Positions 38,786 to 49,485 of a stretch of 64,000 nucleotides of DNA are shown piece by piece. How positions within the stretch are numbered: the first letter of the stretch is position 1; every line of letters begins with the position of its first letter. Below the pieces are notes generated by a model. The model saw only the letters and a list, made by a program, of their open reading frames with translations. It was not told the origin of the DNA and did not search any database. The position numbers and the translations under genes are program-made. Source of the stretch: Sphingorhabdus sp. (GTDB taxonomy: Bacteria > Pseudomonadota > Alphaproteobacteria > Sphingomonadales > Sphingomonadaceae); assembly GCF_023910635.1 (NCBI RefSeq), contig NZ_JAAVVZ010000008.1, positions 45,431 through 109,430 of the forward strand, written 5' to 3'.

Positions 38786-39372
38786 TTGCCTCCGGTTTTT
38801 GTTTTATAGCTGTTTACAGCTGCTTTGCCGCTGTTCCGGTCCAGGCGTCCACTTTCGCGGCCCCGAACGAGATCTTCCGGGTCGGCAATGATTGCCGCAA
38901 GGTTGGAGTTGGAAGCACAACCATAGTTGCTGTGGTTGCCACCATTGTAATTATTTTCGTGCGTCGTGCTCCAATCCGGGCAGGATGGAACCGATGCCTG
39001 CGACCGTGCGACAACCACGCGAATATTGCCCGGCGCAATGACACCGGGTGTCGTCGGAGCGGTGTCTGCGATCATCATCCCGCGCCTCGCTGCCGCTGCG
39101 GAAACATCACGTGCGGCATCGCTGCTTACGTAGCCATCGCCATAATCGATTGAAACGCGGTCTCCATAGCCAAGGCCAAGCACGTCAAACCAATCGTTCA
39201 GGCGGACTTGGTCGGCAGAAGCAATGCCGCTGTTGTCCAAGGCAAGGTCAATCGCGTAATTTGTGCGTTCGACAACGGGCTGGTGGACCGAATATAAGGA
39301 CGTGTTGGTCGGCAAAGTTCCGCAACCCGCCAAGGTTACGCTTGCAGCGATCAGAAATATTGCTTTGTTCAT
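38782..39372 (-). CDS. cpaD: CpaD-family pilus assembly lipoprotein
   Basis: Start at ATG 39372 (GAGGAG Shine-Dalgarno). MNKAIFLIAASVTLAGC lipobox and C-terminal CPDWS...GCASNSNLAAIIADPEDL typical of CpaD. Confidence 0.75.
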   Translation of the reverse strand: MNKAIFLIAASVTLAGCGTLPTNTSLYSVHQPVVERTNYAIDLALDNSGIASADQVRLNDWFDVLGLGYGDRVSIDYGDGYVSSDAARDVSAAAARRGMMIADTAPTTPGVIAPGNIRVVVARSQASVPSCPDWSTTHENNYNGGNHSNYGCASNSNLAAIIADPEDLVRGRESGRLDRNSGKAAVNSYKTKTGGN

Positions 39373-39395
39373 ATATCGTCTCCTCGATCTGGCGA

Positions 39396-40901
39396 TCAAT
39401 TGTCGAAGCTGAAACCGGGGCCGCTGGTTGCGGATGCGGATGCCGGTAATTGGGGCGCTACGGCCAAGTTCGGTGCCGATGTGCTGACGGAACCAAGTTC
39501 GGGTCCGTTGGAAACCGTGGGCGCGATGCTTGGCATCGGACGTGTCTTGCTGCGTTTGCCATTCGACATTTTGCCGAGGAATGCACGTTCCAGGTCGCTG
39601 GGTGAATGTAGGCCATCGGTCGGCAGGGCAAGTTGGCTTTCCGACACTGGCTTGACGAGATAGGGCGTGATGACAATCATCAACTCGGTCTCGTTGCGGC
39701 GCCAGCCATTGGACTTGAACAATGCACCCAGCACGGGAATATCGCCCGCGCCGGGCAGTTTCGATACCGAACTGCCCATTTGGTTGCTTAACAATCCGGC
39801 GATCATCATGCTTTGGCCCGAACCGAGTTCAACCGTTGTTTCTGCCATCCGGTTTGTGGTTGCAGGCACCTCAATACCGTTGATGCGGATTGCGCCTTGT
39901 GACGATATGTCCGACACCTCCGATCGCACGCGCAAGGAAATACGGCCATCGGACAACACAATAGGGGTGTAGGTCAGGTTGACGCCGTAATTCTTATATT
40001 CGACGCTGGTGCCGTTGTTGGACGATGTAACCACCGGAAACTGGCCGCCGGCGAGGAACTCTGCGGTTTCGCCGGACACCGTTGTAAGATTGGGGTTCGC
40101 GAGAGTCGATATCAAGCCTGCCTTTTCCGACATGTCAAACGCAGCGCCAATATCGACGCCGAACAGGCGACCGAGACCCGCAATCGTACTCGTATCCTGC
40201 GGATAGATTAATTGTTTGTTATCAGAGACAAAGTCGCGCCCGTGCGCCACGCCAAACGCATAAGGCTGCCCATTATTATCCGTGCCGCTTCTTAGCGCCT
40301 GCAGATTTCCGTTGATTTCTTTCGAAAGCGAACGGCTGACTTCCGCAATCCGCACCTGCAGGTTGATCTGCAACGGCGTTGCGTTTTTCAGGCGGCTGAC
40401 CACCTGCGTTGTCGGACCTGCGAAGGTCTTGACCAGATTTTCGGCCTCAACGGCTTCTTCCGGCTGACCTACTGTGCCGGTCAACAGCACGACGCCGTTC
40501 ATCGTGGTGACGACGATTTGCGTTTCTGGCATGGCGATTGCCAACATTTGCGCAATCGAGTCCATGTTGCTGCCGACGCGGACGGTTGCTTGAAAGATAT
40601 TGCGGCCTGCCGCATCCGTGGCGTAGACGGTGGTTTCGCCAGGCCCTTTGCCCAAGATGTAGATTTGACGCCCCGACTTGACTTCGACATCGGCGATGGC
40701 GGGGTCAGCAACCACGACGTCCGTGATGTTCGAACCCAGATTGACCTGTTGACCGCGTCCGATGGACAAAATCATCAGCCTGCCGTCCTTTGCGGATTGC
40801 GCTGCGGCTGTTGCAGGTAATAGCACCAAGGCCGAAATGCATGAAGCGGCGGTCATGGCGATGGCGGCAAAGCCCGACTGTATTCTGGTAAAACGTGCCA
40901 T
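39396..40901 (-). CDS. cpaC: CpaC/RcpA outer-membrane secretin
   Basis: 501 aa with a signal peptide, BON-like N-domain and secretin C-domain (PNLTTVSGETAEFLAGGQFPV ... IPVLGALFKS ... ELMIVITPYLV). Confidence 0.9.
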   Translation of the reverse strand: MARFTRIQSGFAAIAMTAASCISALVLLPATAAAQSAKDGRLMILSIGRGQQVNLGSNITDVVVADPAIADVEVKSGRQIYILGKGPGETTVYATDAAGRNIFQATVRVGSNMDSIAQMLAIAMPETQIVVTTMNGVVLLTGTVGQPEEAVEAENLVKTFAGPTTQVVSRLKNATPLQINLQVRIAEVSRSLSKEINGNLQALRSGTDNNGQPYAFGVAHGRDFVSDNKQLIYPQDTSTIAGLGRLFGVDIGAAFDMSEKAGLISTLANPNLTTVSGETAEFLAGGQFPVVTSSNNGTSVEYKNYGVNLTYTPIVLSDGRISLRVRSEVSDISSQGAIRINGIEVPATTNRMAETTVELGSGQSMMIAGLLSNQMGSSVSKLPGAGDIPVLGALFKSNGWRRNETELMIVITPYLVKPVSESQLALPTDGLHSPSDLERAFLGKMSNGKRSKTRPMPSIAPTVSNGPELGSVSTSAPNLAVAPQLPASASATSGPGFSFDN

Positions 40902-40905
40902 GTTG

Positions 40906-41919
40906 TTATCTCCGGCTAATGTCGACTTCGGTCATGTTGCCGCCACGCGACACACGGACCACAGGACCCTTCATGATTTTCTCGACTTGCTTTTGCGTGC
41001 GCGCTGCCTCTGCGGCGACGGCAATGGGCATTTGCGCGGGCACGCTGCTGCGTTGGAAGCGTGAGACATCACCGCCGGTGGCATAGGTGCTGCGGCCTGC
41101 GGACGGGCGCTGGGCGACCTGCCGCATAATGGCTTGCTCTTCCTCTGCGGTTGCGTCTTCGGGAATGCTAACCTCACCCGACGCCATGGCCATCTCAAGC
41201 TCGGCCGCATTGTCCGTCAATGCGCGCAGGGACAGGCTGATGGTGCCGATGGATTGGGCAACGGTAATCTTTTCTGCGATACGCGGTGTGGCTTCGATGG
41301 TGACCAATTTATATTCAGTCACAACCGTGTTACCCTTTTCATCCAGCGTTGGCGTTGCGCGTTGGTCGGTTGCAAGCACGCGTAAGTTGCGCACGATGGT
41401 TTCCGAAACCTTCAATGGAGGGCCGCTGCTGGCGTTCACATTCTGTGTCAGGACCAGGTCGACGCGGTCGCCGGGAAAGACAAATCCAGCAACGCCCGTC
41501 AGTGCCGATACAGGCACCGTAACGGCGCGCATGCCAGGACCAAGCGCCGCAGCAAGGAAGCCGCGATCACCCGGCTTTACCAGCGAACCTTGCGTGAGTG
41601 GCTGCCCTGCAGTCACGGCGTTGCGGACAACGGTGCCAACCAAACCATCAATCGATGCCCCCTTGTCACCTTCTTTGAAATAAGCGGATTGAACCAGCTC
41701 CTTTGGCCATGGCTGGTAGCGAACGCTGTCTACGGTGATCAGCGTGCCGGGAGGCAACGCTCGCGTTGCGACCAGAACCTTTGGCCCTGTTGATGCTGGC
41801 ACCGGAGCTGCCGCAGCTTGCGGTGCCGAAGCACCGGTGAACATGCTGCGCGCCATAAAGGCGGTGATTGCTGCAATGAGCAACGCAGCCACCAGCAATA
41901 CGACTTTTTTCCTATCCAT
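40906..41919 (-). CDS. cpaB: CpaB/RcpC Flp pilus assembly protein
   Basis: 337 aa with an N-terminal TM and SAF-domain block (VLVATRALPPGTLITVDSVRYQPWP). Confidence 0.88.
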   Translation of the reverse strand: MDRKKVVLLVAALLIAAITAFMARSMFTGASAPQAAAAPVPASTGPKVLVATRALPPGTLITVDSVRYQPWPKELVQSAYFKEGDKGASIDGLVGTVVRNAVTAGQPLTQGSLVKPGDRGFLAAALGPGMRAVTVPVSALTGVAGFVFPGDRVDLVLTQNVNASSGPPLKVSETIVRNLRVLATDQRATPTLDEKGNTVVTEYKLVTIEATPRIAEKITVAQSIGTISLSLRALTDNAAELEMAMASGEVSIPEDATAEEEQAIMRQVAQRPSAGRSTYATGGDVSRFQRSSVPAQMPIAVAAEAARTQKQVEKIMKGPVVRVSRGGNMTEVDISRR

Positions 41920-41963
41920 GACAAACTGTCCCCTGAGTGGTCCCGTGAATGAAACTTGTTACT

Positions 41964-42437
41964 TCATGTAAAATGGTTAAAAATTTGTTCACCGGCTATC
42001 CACAACCCGGCGGTTGCGATAGCTACACCATAGGGGATGCGCGCATGGCCATCCCCTTGTTTTATTTTGTGAATGAGTAGAAAAATCAGGGTCACAAATG
42101 CCCCGATTATTGACGCATATAAAATTAACCGGATGACATCTATCCAGTGAAACCAGAGCGCCAAGGCGGCAAAAAGCTTTACATCGCCACCGCCCATTGC
42201 GCCGAAATGGAACGCAGCGGCGAAGACCGCGAAGGTGAGCGTGGCGGTGAAAATATGGATACCGATTTCAGGCAGGCCGAAACCTCCGCTCGCGAACCAA
42301 TACACAGGTGCGCCCAACGCAATGGCGAGCGTCACGCCGTTGTAAATCAGCCGGTATCGGATGTCGGTGTAGATCGACACCAACAGCGCAATTGCCAAGC
42401 CAATAAGGGTAAAGTAGATGATCGGTTCATTGGTCAT
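41964..42437 (-). CDS. cpaA: A24-family prepilin peptidase CpaA
   Basis: Polytopic small protein with YTDIRYRLIYNG and GGGDVKLFAA aspartyl-peptidase motifs. Start set at ATG 42437; the tracked ORF extends further upstream to 42575. Confidence 0.75.
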   Translation of the reverse strand: MTNEPIIYFTLIGLAIALLVSIYTDIRYRLIYNGVTLAIALGAPVYWFASGGFGLPEIGIHIFTATLTFAVFAAAFHFGAMGGGDVKLFAALALWFHWIDVIRLILYASIIGAFVTLIFLLIHKIKQGDGHARIPYGVAIATAGLWIAGEQIFNHFT

Positions 42438-42498
42438 CCGCCCGGGATTAACCATGAAAGATTGCCAAAAGGTAAGCATGCACGTGACAAACACAGCT

Positions 42499-43434
42499 AT
42501 GAACCGACGCATGATCCCTGCTGACGCAGTGGAGAGCATTTGGCATGCCGCCGACCAATGGGCCATTCGCCGCATTGATTGGCAAGGCGCAAACCCGCCA
42601 CGCGGGTCGTTGTTGTTCTTGCCGGGCCGCGGCGACCATTATGAAAAATATCTGGAGACGCTGGCATATTATGCCGATGCCGGCTGGCGCGTGACGGCAA
42701 TCGACTGGCGAGGGCAGGGGGAATCCGGACGGTTATTGGCGGACCCGCAAGTGGGTCATATCGATGATTTCGGCACTTGGATTTCTGATCTGCGGTTTTT
42801 TTGGAGCGCTTGGAAACAGGAAAATCCCGGCCCGGTTGTCGTCATGGCGCATAGCATGGGCGGGCATTTGGCCATGCGCGCTTTGGTGGAAAAGGCGATT
42901 GACCCTGACGCTGTGGTGTTGAGCGCGCCAATGTTGGGCATTCAAACCGGCGGTCTGCCGCTGGCCCTGAACCACGCTTTTGCCAAGCTGATGGTCAAAA
43001 TCGGCAAAGGCGAGGATGCCGCATGGAAAGTCAGCGAGAAGCCCATGTCGCCCATGGCGATGCGTGGCAAAATGTTGACGCATGATGATGATCGTTACGA
43101 AGACGAAATCGCATGGTGGAAATTGCGCCCCAATGTCAAATTGGGGCCGCCAAGCTGGCATTGGATCGAACGCGCAATTGCGTCGATCCGCATGTTGGAG
43201 GCGCCGGGTCTGTTGGAGGCGGTCAAGACGCCCATCCTGCTGCTCGCGACCACCGGCGACCAATTGGTCAGCACCCCGCGCGTGATTGCCGACAGCAAAC
43301 GCCTGCCACATGCCGAAACATTAATCTTCGGCAAAGAGGCCGCGCATGAATTGTTGCGGGAGGCGGATCCCGTTCGTGACCAGTGCCTTGCGCGGATCGA
43401 TAGCTTTTTGGAAGCCAACGCACCGCGAAAATGA
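42499..43434 (+). CDS. alpha/beta hydrolase (lysophospholipase/monoglyceride lipase-like)
   Basis: Start at ATG 42499. Contains LFLPGRGDHYEKY, the nucleophile elbow AHSMGG, and a C-terminal HE(L) acid/His region. Confidence 0.8.
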   Translation: MNRRMIPADAVESIWHAADQWAIRRIDWQGANPPRGSLLFLPGRGDHYEKYLETLAYYADAGWRVTAIDWRGQGESGRLLADPQVGHIDDFGTWISDLRFFWSAWKQENPGPVVVMAHSMGGHLAMRALVEKAIDPDAVVLSAPMLGIQTGGLPLALNHAFAKLMVKIGKGEDAAWKVSEKPMSPMAMRGKMLTHDDDRYEDEIAWWKLRPNVKLGPPSWHWIERAIASIRMLEAPGLLEAVKTPILLLATTGDQLVSTPRVIADSKRLPHAETLIFGKEAAHELLREADPVRDQCLARIDSFLEANAPRK

Positions 43435-44540
43435 GCGACTTTGACTTTGCCATTATCGGCGCTGGCATTGCTGGTGCAAGCCTTGCGGCGATATTGTCCG
43501 CGCGGGCATCGGTGGTGTTGATTGAGGCAGAGGCGCATCCCGGCTATCATGCGACGGGCCGATCAGCCGCATTCTGGGTCGAATGCTATGGCGGCCCGGG
43601 CGTTCAGCCGCTTACCACTGCGTCAGGGCCGTTTTTGGCCGCGCCGCCTGCGGATTTTCATGACGGCCCTTTGATGCACAAGCGCGGCGCGCTGCACATC
43701 GGTACATCGGATCAGACGGCGATAGCGGACCATATGCTCGCCGAATTTGCGGCCAGCGGCGTGCATATCGACGTCAGCGACCGTGCCGCAGTGGCAACTT
43801 ATGTCCCCGGACTGCGCAGCGAATGGACGCATGGCCTTTGGGAACCAGACTGTTGCGATATTGATGTTGCTCATTTGCACGCCGCCTATTTGCGCCAAGC
43901 AAAAAGACAAGGCGCGGTGCTACACTGCAATAGCCGCCTGAGCGCTGCAAAATACGAAAATGGGGTATGGCAGATTTCGGCTGGCAGTTTCAACTGTTCG
44001 GCAAATATCCTCATCAACGCGGCGGGCGCTTGGGCCGATGAAGTCGCGCAAATGGCGCAGGTGCGGCCCTTGGGCATCCAACCCTATCGCCGCACGATCG
44101 CACAATTGGTCGTGTCACCAGTTGTTCCGGCGGACTTGCCCTTGGTCATTGGGTTGGACGGCAGTTTCTATTTCAAACCCGATGCGGGCGGCCGCCTGTG
44201 GCTCAGCCCGCATGACGAAACCGCAACCCCGGCCTGCGACGCCGCGCCGGAGGAACTGGACGTCGCCACCGCGATTGATCGGCTTCAGGCCGTGGTCGAT
44301 TGGGACATTCAGCGGGTCGAACATAAATGGGCCGGGCTGCGCAGCTTTGCGCCGGACCGGTTGCCAGTCATTGGCCGCGATGGGGCGAACGATGCGTTTT
44401 TCTGGTTTGCGGGGCAGGGCGGCTTTGGCATCCAAACTGCACCTGCCGCAGCACAGCTAGCCGGGTCATTGTTGGATGCAGCTATCGCCGCGCCGCAGAA
44501 TGTGAATGCCGCTATCTACACGCCAGCGCGTTTTCTTTAG
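43431..44540 (+). CDS. FAD-dependent oxidoreductase (DAO family)
   Basis: 369 aa with the N-terminal dinucleotide fold [14 protein letters not shown]. Start overlaps the hydrolase stop. Confidence 0.8.
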   Translation: MSDFDFAIIGAGIAGASLAAILSARASVVLIEAEAHPGYHATGRSAAFWVECYGGPGVQPLTTASGPFLAAPPADFHDGPLMHKRGALHIGTSDQTAIADHMLAEFAASGVHIDVSDRAAVATYVPGLRSEWTHGLWEPDCCDIDVAHLHAAYLRQAKRQGAVLHCNSRLSAAKYENGVWQISAGSFNCSANILINAAGAWADEVAQMAQVRPLGIQPYRRTIAQLVVSPVVPADLPLVIGLDGSFYFKPDAGGRLWLSPHDETATPACDAAPEELDVATAIDRLQAVVDWDIQRVEHKWAGLRSFAPDRLPVIGRDGANDAFFWFAGQGGFGIQTAPAAAQLAGSLLDAAIAAPQNVNAAIYTPARFL

Positions 44541-44977
44541 CGCTGCGCCGCAACCTCCGCCGCGTCACTCGCCAGCCGGTCGGCGCGTTCATTTTCGGGG
44601 TGGCCATTATGCCCTTTCACCCAAATCCATTCGACCTGATGACGGGCAACCGCATCAATCAGGTCATGCCATAAATCGGCGTTGCGGACGGGCTGTTTTG
44701 ACGCGTTTTTCCACCCATTGCGTTGCCAGCCGTGGATCCATTTGGTGATCCCGTCGAGGACATATTTGCTGTCCGTGTATAATTTGACATGGCACGGCTC
44801 GATCAGGATTTTGAGCGCTTCAATCGCGGCGGAAAGCTCCATCCGGTTATTGGTAGTATCGGGATTCCCGCCCGAAATTTCTCTCTCATGCTTGTCATAA
44901 CGGATCACAGCGCCCCACCCGCCGGGCCCGGGATTGCCCTTGCAGGCGCCATCGGTGAAAATCTCAAGCTGTTTCAA
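44537..44977 (-). CDS. rnhA: ribonuclease HI
   Basis: 146 aa with [30 protein letters not shown] and [13 protein letters not shown], the full RNase H1 catalytic set. Confidence 0.95.
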   Translation of the reverse strand: MKQLEIFTDGACKGNPGPGGWGAVIRYDKHEREISGGNPDTTNNRMELSAAIEALKILIEPCHVKLYTDSKYVLDGITKWIHGWQRNGWKNASKQPVRNADLWHDLIDAVARHQVEWIWVKGHNGHPENERADRLASDAAEVAAQR

Positions 44978-45948
44978 GAATAATGCCCCAACATATTTTC
45001 AACCTGTGTGCTGTCGCTGTAGAAATCAAGTCGGCGCAGGAAAGCCAGCGGGTCTTTGCGCGTCACAAGCGCATTTGCCGACGTGTTAATCCAGTCATAG
45101 CAACGCGTTAACAAAAACCGCAGACATGCCCCGCGCAGCAATATGGGCAAGGCTTCCCGCGTTGCTGCGTCCAAGGACACGCAACCGGTATAGCCCGAAA
45201 GCAAGGCGGCGCTCACCTCTGCATCAAAAACGGTGCCATCATCGGAAAAGCACCATGCGCTGTGCGTCACCGCCAAGTCATAAGCGCGGATTTCGGTGCA
45301 GGCGAAGTAGAAGTCGATCAAGCCACTGACATGGTCGCCAAGCATCAGGACATTGTCCGGAAACAGATCGGCATGGATCGCCGCAACGGGCAAATCGGTT
45401 GGCCAATGCGCCTCCAGATAATCGCACTCGGCAAACACCCGCGCTGACAGGCCGGGCGCAATCGCCTCAAGGCCCTCGGCCGTGCAACGCATCGCCAATG
45501 GCCGCCATGCCGAAATGCCAAGACTATTTGGCCGCGACAAAGTAAAATTGGCCAGCGCCTTATGCATATGCCCCAATGCCGCACCGGTCGAACGGGCTTG
45601 TGCCGCCGTCGGCTCGGTAATGGATACGCCATCGAGAAACTCTATAAGGCAAGCCGACCGCCCCGCGACCGTTTGCAGCCATTGGCCATCACGATCCGTG
45701 ATAAACTGTGGCACCTTACAACCTGCATCATGCAAATGTTTGAGTAAGGCATAGAAAAACGGCAGATCTTCGGGGTTTACGCGGTTTTCATACAGGGTCA
45801 GGATGAACCGGCTTTGCGTTGTTTGCACGAAGAAATTGCTGTTTTCGACGCCCTCCGCAATGCCCTTCAACGCGACAAGCGCGCCGACGTCATAATGCGC
45901 CAACAATGCATCAACCTGCTGCGGCCCTAACTGCGTATAAACCGCCAA
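44974..45948 (-). CDS. thrB: homoserine kinase, type II (APH-fold ThrB)
   Basis: A TTG start at 45948 gives (M)[21 protein letters not shown]...[11 protein letters not shown], the canonical ThrB2 N-terminus, plus the [10 protein letters not shown] kinase motif. It begins 1 nt after the ispH stop. The longer tracked ORF overlaps ispH and is rejected. Confidence 0.83.
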   Translation of the reverse strand: MAVYTQLGPQQVDALLAHYDVGALVALKGIAEGVENSNFFVQTTQSRFILTLYENRVNPEDLPFFYALLKHLHDAGCKVPQFITDRDGQWLQTVAGRSACLIEFLDGVSITEPTAAQARSTGAALGHMHKALANFTLSRPNSLGISAWRPLAMRCTAEGLEAIAPGLSARVFAECDYLEAHWPTDLPVAAIHADLFPDNVLMLGDHVSGLIDFYFACTEIRAYDLAVTHSAWCFSDDGTVFDAEVSAALLSGYTGCVSLDAATREALPILLRGACLRFLLTRCYDWINTSANALVTRKDPLAFLRRLDFYSDSTQVENMLGHYS

Positions 45949-45949
45949 A

Positions 45950-46915
45950 TCAGCTCGCCGCGCCAGCCAGTTCGCGGGGCAGTTTGAACGTGATGGTCTC
46001 TTCGGCGGTGGTGACTTGCTGCTCATCCAAGTCGAAATGCAGCGCGAGTGCGTCGATAATCTCGCGCACCAATACTTCAGGAGCAGACGCACCTGCGGTC
46101 AAGCCGAGCGTTTTAACGTCATCAAACCAGTTCAGGCTAATTTCTTCGGCACGCTGCACCAAATAGGCCTTCGCGCCGGAACGCGCGGCAACCTCAACCA
46201 AACGCTGCGAATTTGAGCTGTTCGGCGCGCCGATGACGAGGACAAGGTCACATTCATGCGCAATTGCTTTGACCGATTCTTGGCGGTTGGACGTGGCATA
46301 ACAAATATCCTCCCCCTTTGGCCCGACAATATTGGGGAAGCGCTGTTGAAGGATTCCTACGATTTCCGATGTATCATCGACTGACAATGTCGTCTGCGTC
46401 AAAAACGCGAGATTATGGGGCTCCTCAGGCGCAATCAACCGTGCGTCGTCGGCTGTTTCCACTAGGGTCATCGCACCGGGGGGCACTTGGCCAAAGGTGC
46501 CGATGACTTCCGGATGCCCCGAATGGCCCACGAAAATGATATGACGGCCTGCTTCAACCTGCCGTTCGGCTTGCTTGTGGACCTTTGATACCAATGGGCA
46601 TGTCGCGTCAAAATAGGCAAGGCCACGTGCTTGTGCATTTGCAGGAACAGATTTGGGCACGCCATGGGCGGAAAATACAACATGGCCGCCGTCGGGAACT
46701 TCGTCGAGTTCTTCGACAAAAATTGCACCTTTGACCTTTAAGCTGTCAACGACATAGCGGTTGTGGACGATTTCGTGGCGGACATAGACCGGCGCGCCAT
46801 GTTGTTCGAGCGCGAGCTCGACAATCTGGATAGCGCGGTCAACGCCAGCGCAAAAACCACGTGGCGCGGCCAAAAGCAGCCGGATCGATTTTTTGGGGAG
46901 TGATTGTTCAGTCAT
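45950..46915 (-). CDS. ispH: 4-hydroxy-3-methylbut-2-enyl diphosphate reductase
   Basis: ATG at 46915 ([29 protein letters not shown]...). Three Cys ligand contexts are present (FCAGV, ATCPLV, DICYAT). Confidence 0.95.
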   Translation of the reverse strand: MTEQSLPKKSIRLLLAAPRGFCAGVDRAIQIVELALEQHGAPVYVRHEIVHNRYVVDSLKVKGAIFVEELDEVPDGGHVVFSAHGVPKSVPANAQARGLAYFDATCPLVSKVHKQAERQVEAGRHIIFVGHSGHPEVIGTFGQVPPGAMTLVETADDARLIAPEEPHNLAFLTQTTLSVDDTSEIVGILQQRFPNIVGPKGEDICYATSNRQESVKAIAHECDLVLVIGAPNSSNSQRLVEVAARSGAKAYLVQRAEEISLNWFDDVKTLGLTAGASAPEVLVREIIDALALHFDLDEQQVTTAEETITFKLPRELAGAAS

Positions 46916-47051
46916 GCGCAATCTTCTTTAGATAAAGTCGCTGCATCCGCCAAGACCTTTCCCCTGTTGCGCGGGCCGCAATGGGGGGATAAGGACCAAA
47001 TCACGTGTCGCACCCGCGACCCAAGTCTAAGAAACCCGAGGATTGCCCTTT

Positions 47052-47702
47052 ATGAACTTCGCCGCCAAAGCCCTGACCATTGGTATTGTCGCAGCTACTT
47101 TGGCTGGTTGTTCACGCGACGGCGAACTGGATGTCGCTGCTGGTGTTGGCGTGAACGTCACGCGATCCGGCTGCCCTACGGTTGCGGTGCCCGATGGCAC
47201 GGGTGACATCACCATTTTCAACCCAATAAACAGCACGGACGCCGATGCCATCGACGTGGTTGCGACAATCACCAATATTCGTCCCGTTTGCGACGAAAGC
47301 GGCGAGAAAATATTTTCGCAGGCGACATTTGATGTGCAAGCGCGGCGCAGCGACGTGCGCGGCAGCCGGACCGTAACTGTGCCTTATTTCAACACGGTGG
47401 TTCAAGGCGGCAGCGCCGTTATTGCAAAGCGTGTCGGCCAAGTGACACTGCAATTCGCCGATGGCCAGCAACGCGCATCGGCGCAGGCGCAAGCGGCTGG
47501 CTATATCGACAAGAACGCGGCCAGCTTGCCCGCCGAAATCGTGCAGAAAATCACCAAGAAGCGCAAGCCGGGTGATCCCGACGCGGCGCTTGACCCCATG
47601 GCCGATCCTGAAGTGCGCGCAGCGGTTGTCCGATCAAGCTTTGAAATGCTCATCGGTTTTCAGCTGACCGAAGATCAGCTGCGTTACAATGTCACGCGTT
47701 GA
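47052..47702 (+). CDS. hypothetical lipoprotein
   Basis: ATG at 47052. MNFAAKALTIGIVAATLAGC lipobox, about 216 aa, no recognisable domain. Its 5' end and upstream leader are duplicated at 50306-50511. Confidence 0.6.
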   Translation: MNFAAKALTIGIVAATLAGCSRDGELDVAAGVGVNVTRSGCPTVAVPDGTGDITIFNPINSTDADAIDVVATITNIRPVCDESGEKIFSQATFDVQARRSDVRGSRTVTVPYFNTVVQGGSAVIAKRVGQVTLQFADGQQRASAQAQAAGYIDKNAASLPAEIVQKITKKRKPGDPDAALDPMADPEVRAAVVRSSFEMLIGFQLTEDQLRYNVTR

Positions 47703-47727
47703 TCCGCGTTAATTTCAAGGCACAGTC

Positions 47728-49449
47728 ATGACCCTTTTTGAACAATATGCAGCGCATGTCGACCATGCGTTGGACGCGCTTGTGGCGCTCGGAACCTTGC
47801 CGACGGATTTGGACCGCAGCAATGTAACGGTCGAGCCGCCGCGCGATGCGACGCATGGCGATATCTCCACCAATGCGGCAATGGTGCTGGCGAAACCTGC
47901 CGGAACCAACCCGCGCGCCTTAGCAGAGGCTTTGTCGGTTGAACTGGCCAAGGTCGCTGGTGTTACGGCGGTTGAAATTGCTGGGCCGGGCTTTCTCAAC
48001 CTGCGACTCGATGCGTCGGCATGGCTTGATGAATTGCGCGCAATGGCGGTATCGGGCGACGATTATGGCCGCTCGCATGTGGGCGATGGCAAGTCAGTGA
48101 ATATCGAATATGTTTCCGCCAACCCCACTGGCCCCATGCACATGGGCCATTGTCGTGGCGCTGTGGTCGGTGATGCTTTGGCCAAATTGCTTGAATTTGC
48201 AGGTTATCGCGTGATCCGCGAATATTATATTAACGACGCGGGCGGCCAAGTCGACGTTCTCGCGCGGTCAGCGCATCTGCGCTATCGTGAGGCATTGGGT
48301 GAGACCATCGAAATCGGAGAAGGGCTGTATCCCGGCGATTATCTGGTTCCCGTTGGCCAGCAGCTTGCGAAGCGTTTTGGTGACCAATATGTTGCCGCGC
48401 CTGAAAGCGAATGGCTTGTTTTATTCCGCAAGGCCGCCGTTGCCGAAATGATGGAGATGATAAAGGCCGACTTGGCCTTGCTTGGCATCCACCATGACCT
48501 GTTTTCGTCAGAGGCCGAGCTGCATGAAGCGGGCAAGGCCGATGTCGCGGAGAAGGAGTTGCGCGCGCGCGGGCTCGTCTATGACGGCGAGCTGGAGAAG
48601 CCAAAAGGCAAGGAAATTGAAGATTGGGAGCCTGTGACGCTTCCCTTGTTCCGCTCAACACAATTTGGCGATGACCAAGACCGGCCCATCAAGAAATCCA
48701 ACGGCAGCTGGACCTATTTCGGCGCTGATTTAGCGTATCATTTCCAGAAAAGCCAAGGCGTCGATGCGATGATCGACATTTGGGGCGCGGACCATGCAGG
48801 CACGGTCAAACGGATCAAGGCGGCGGTCAATGCGCTTACCGATGGCAAGGTCGATTTCGATGTCAAGCTGGTGCAGATGGTGCGCCTGCTGCGCGGCGGC
48901 GAACCTGTTAAAATGTCCAAAAGGTCGGGCAGCTTTGTAACCTTGGCCGAGGTGATTGAAGAAGTTGGCAAGGACGTCGTCCGCTTCACGATGCTGACAC
49001 GCAAGTCCGATGCGCAAATGGATTTCGATTTCGCCAAGGTGGTGGAAGCGTCGAAGGACAATCCGGTATTCTACGTGCAATATGCCCATGCGCGCATATC
49101 ATCGACCATGCGCAAGGCAGAACTCGAAGGACTTGGCCCCGATGGCGCGCATATCGCGTTGCTGGGCGATGCGGAGATCGGCCTCATCCGCGAAGCCGCA
49201 AATTTCCCGCGTATTGTGGAAGCCGCCGCAAAATCAGGCGAACCGCACAGGATTGCTTTTTATCTGAATGATTTGGCGGCTGCATTCCATGCCTATTGGA
49301 ACTTAGGTAATGACCAGCCTGACAAGCGCTTTATATTGGTGCAAAATCCGGAAGTTACAGGCGCAAGGCTTTTCATGGCGCATAATATCGGGCAAGTTCT
49401 GCGTAATGGATTGCGGCTGATGGGGGTTGAAGCCGCGTACAATATGTAG
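47728..49449 (+). CDS. argS: arginine--tRNA ligase
   Basis: 573 aa with class I motifs (SANPTGPMHMGH as the HIGH equivalent, KMSKRSG as KMSKS) and a C-terminal DALR anticodon-binding domain. Confidence 0.95.
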   Translation: MTLFEQYAAHVDHALDALVALGTLPTDLDRSNVTVEPPRDATHGDISTNAAMVLAKPAGTNPRALAEALSVELAKVAGVTAVEIAGPGFLNLRLDASAWLDELRAMAVSGDDYGRSHVGDGKSVNIEYVSANPTGPMHMGHCRGAVVGDALAKLLEFAGYRVIREYYINDAGGQVDVLARSAHLRYREALGETIEIGEGLYPGDYLVPVGQQLAKRFGDQYVAAPESEWLVLFRKAAVAEMMEMIKADLALLGIHHDLFSSEAELHEAGKADVAEKELRARGLVYDGELEKPKGKEIEDWEPVTLPLFRSTQFGDDQDRPIKKSNGSWTYFGADLAYHFQKSQGVDAMIDIWGADHAGTVKRIKAAVNALTDGKVDFDVKLVQMVRLLRGGEPVKMSKRSGSFVTLAEVIEEVGKDVVRFTMLTRKSDAQMDFDFAKVVEASKDNPVFYVQYAHARISSTMRKAELEGLGPDGAHIALLGDAEIGLIREAANFPRIVEAAAKSGEPHRIAFYLNDLAAAFHAYWNLGNDQPDKRFILVQNPEVTGARLFMAHNIGQVLRNGLRLMGVEAAYNM

Positions 49450-49485
49450 GGATTGGCAACATGTAATGATTGGGGACGTGACGTG

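Noticed and set aside
42733-43311. 192-aa minus-strand ORF inside the alpha/beta hydrolase gene
   Set aside because: It is a shadow ORF. The sense frame has the GxSxG elbow and a coherent hydrolase fold pattern.
44974-46092. Long 372-aa version of the thrB ORF
   Set aside because: The first ~48 codons overlap the 3' end of ispH in another frame. A TTG at 45948 yields the canonical (M)AVYTQ N-terminus immediately after the ispH stop.
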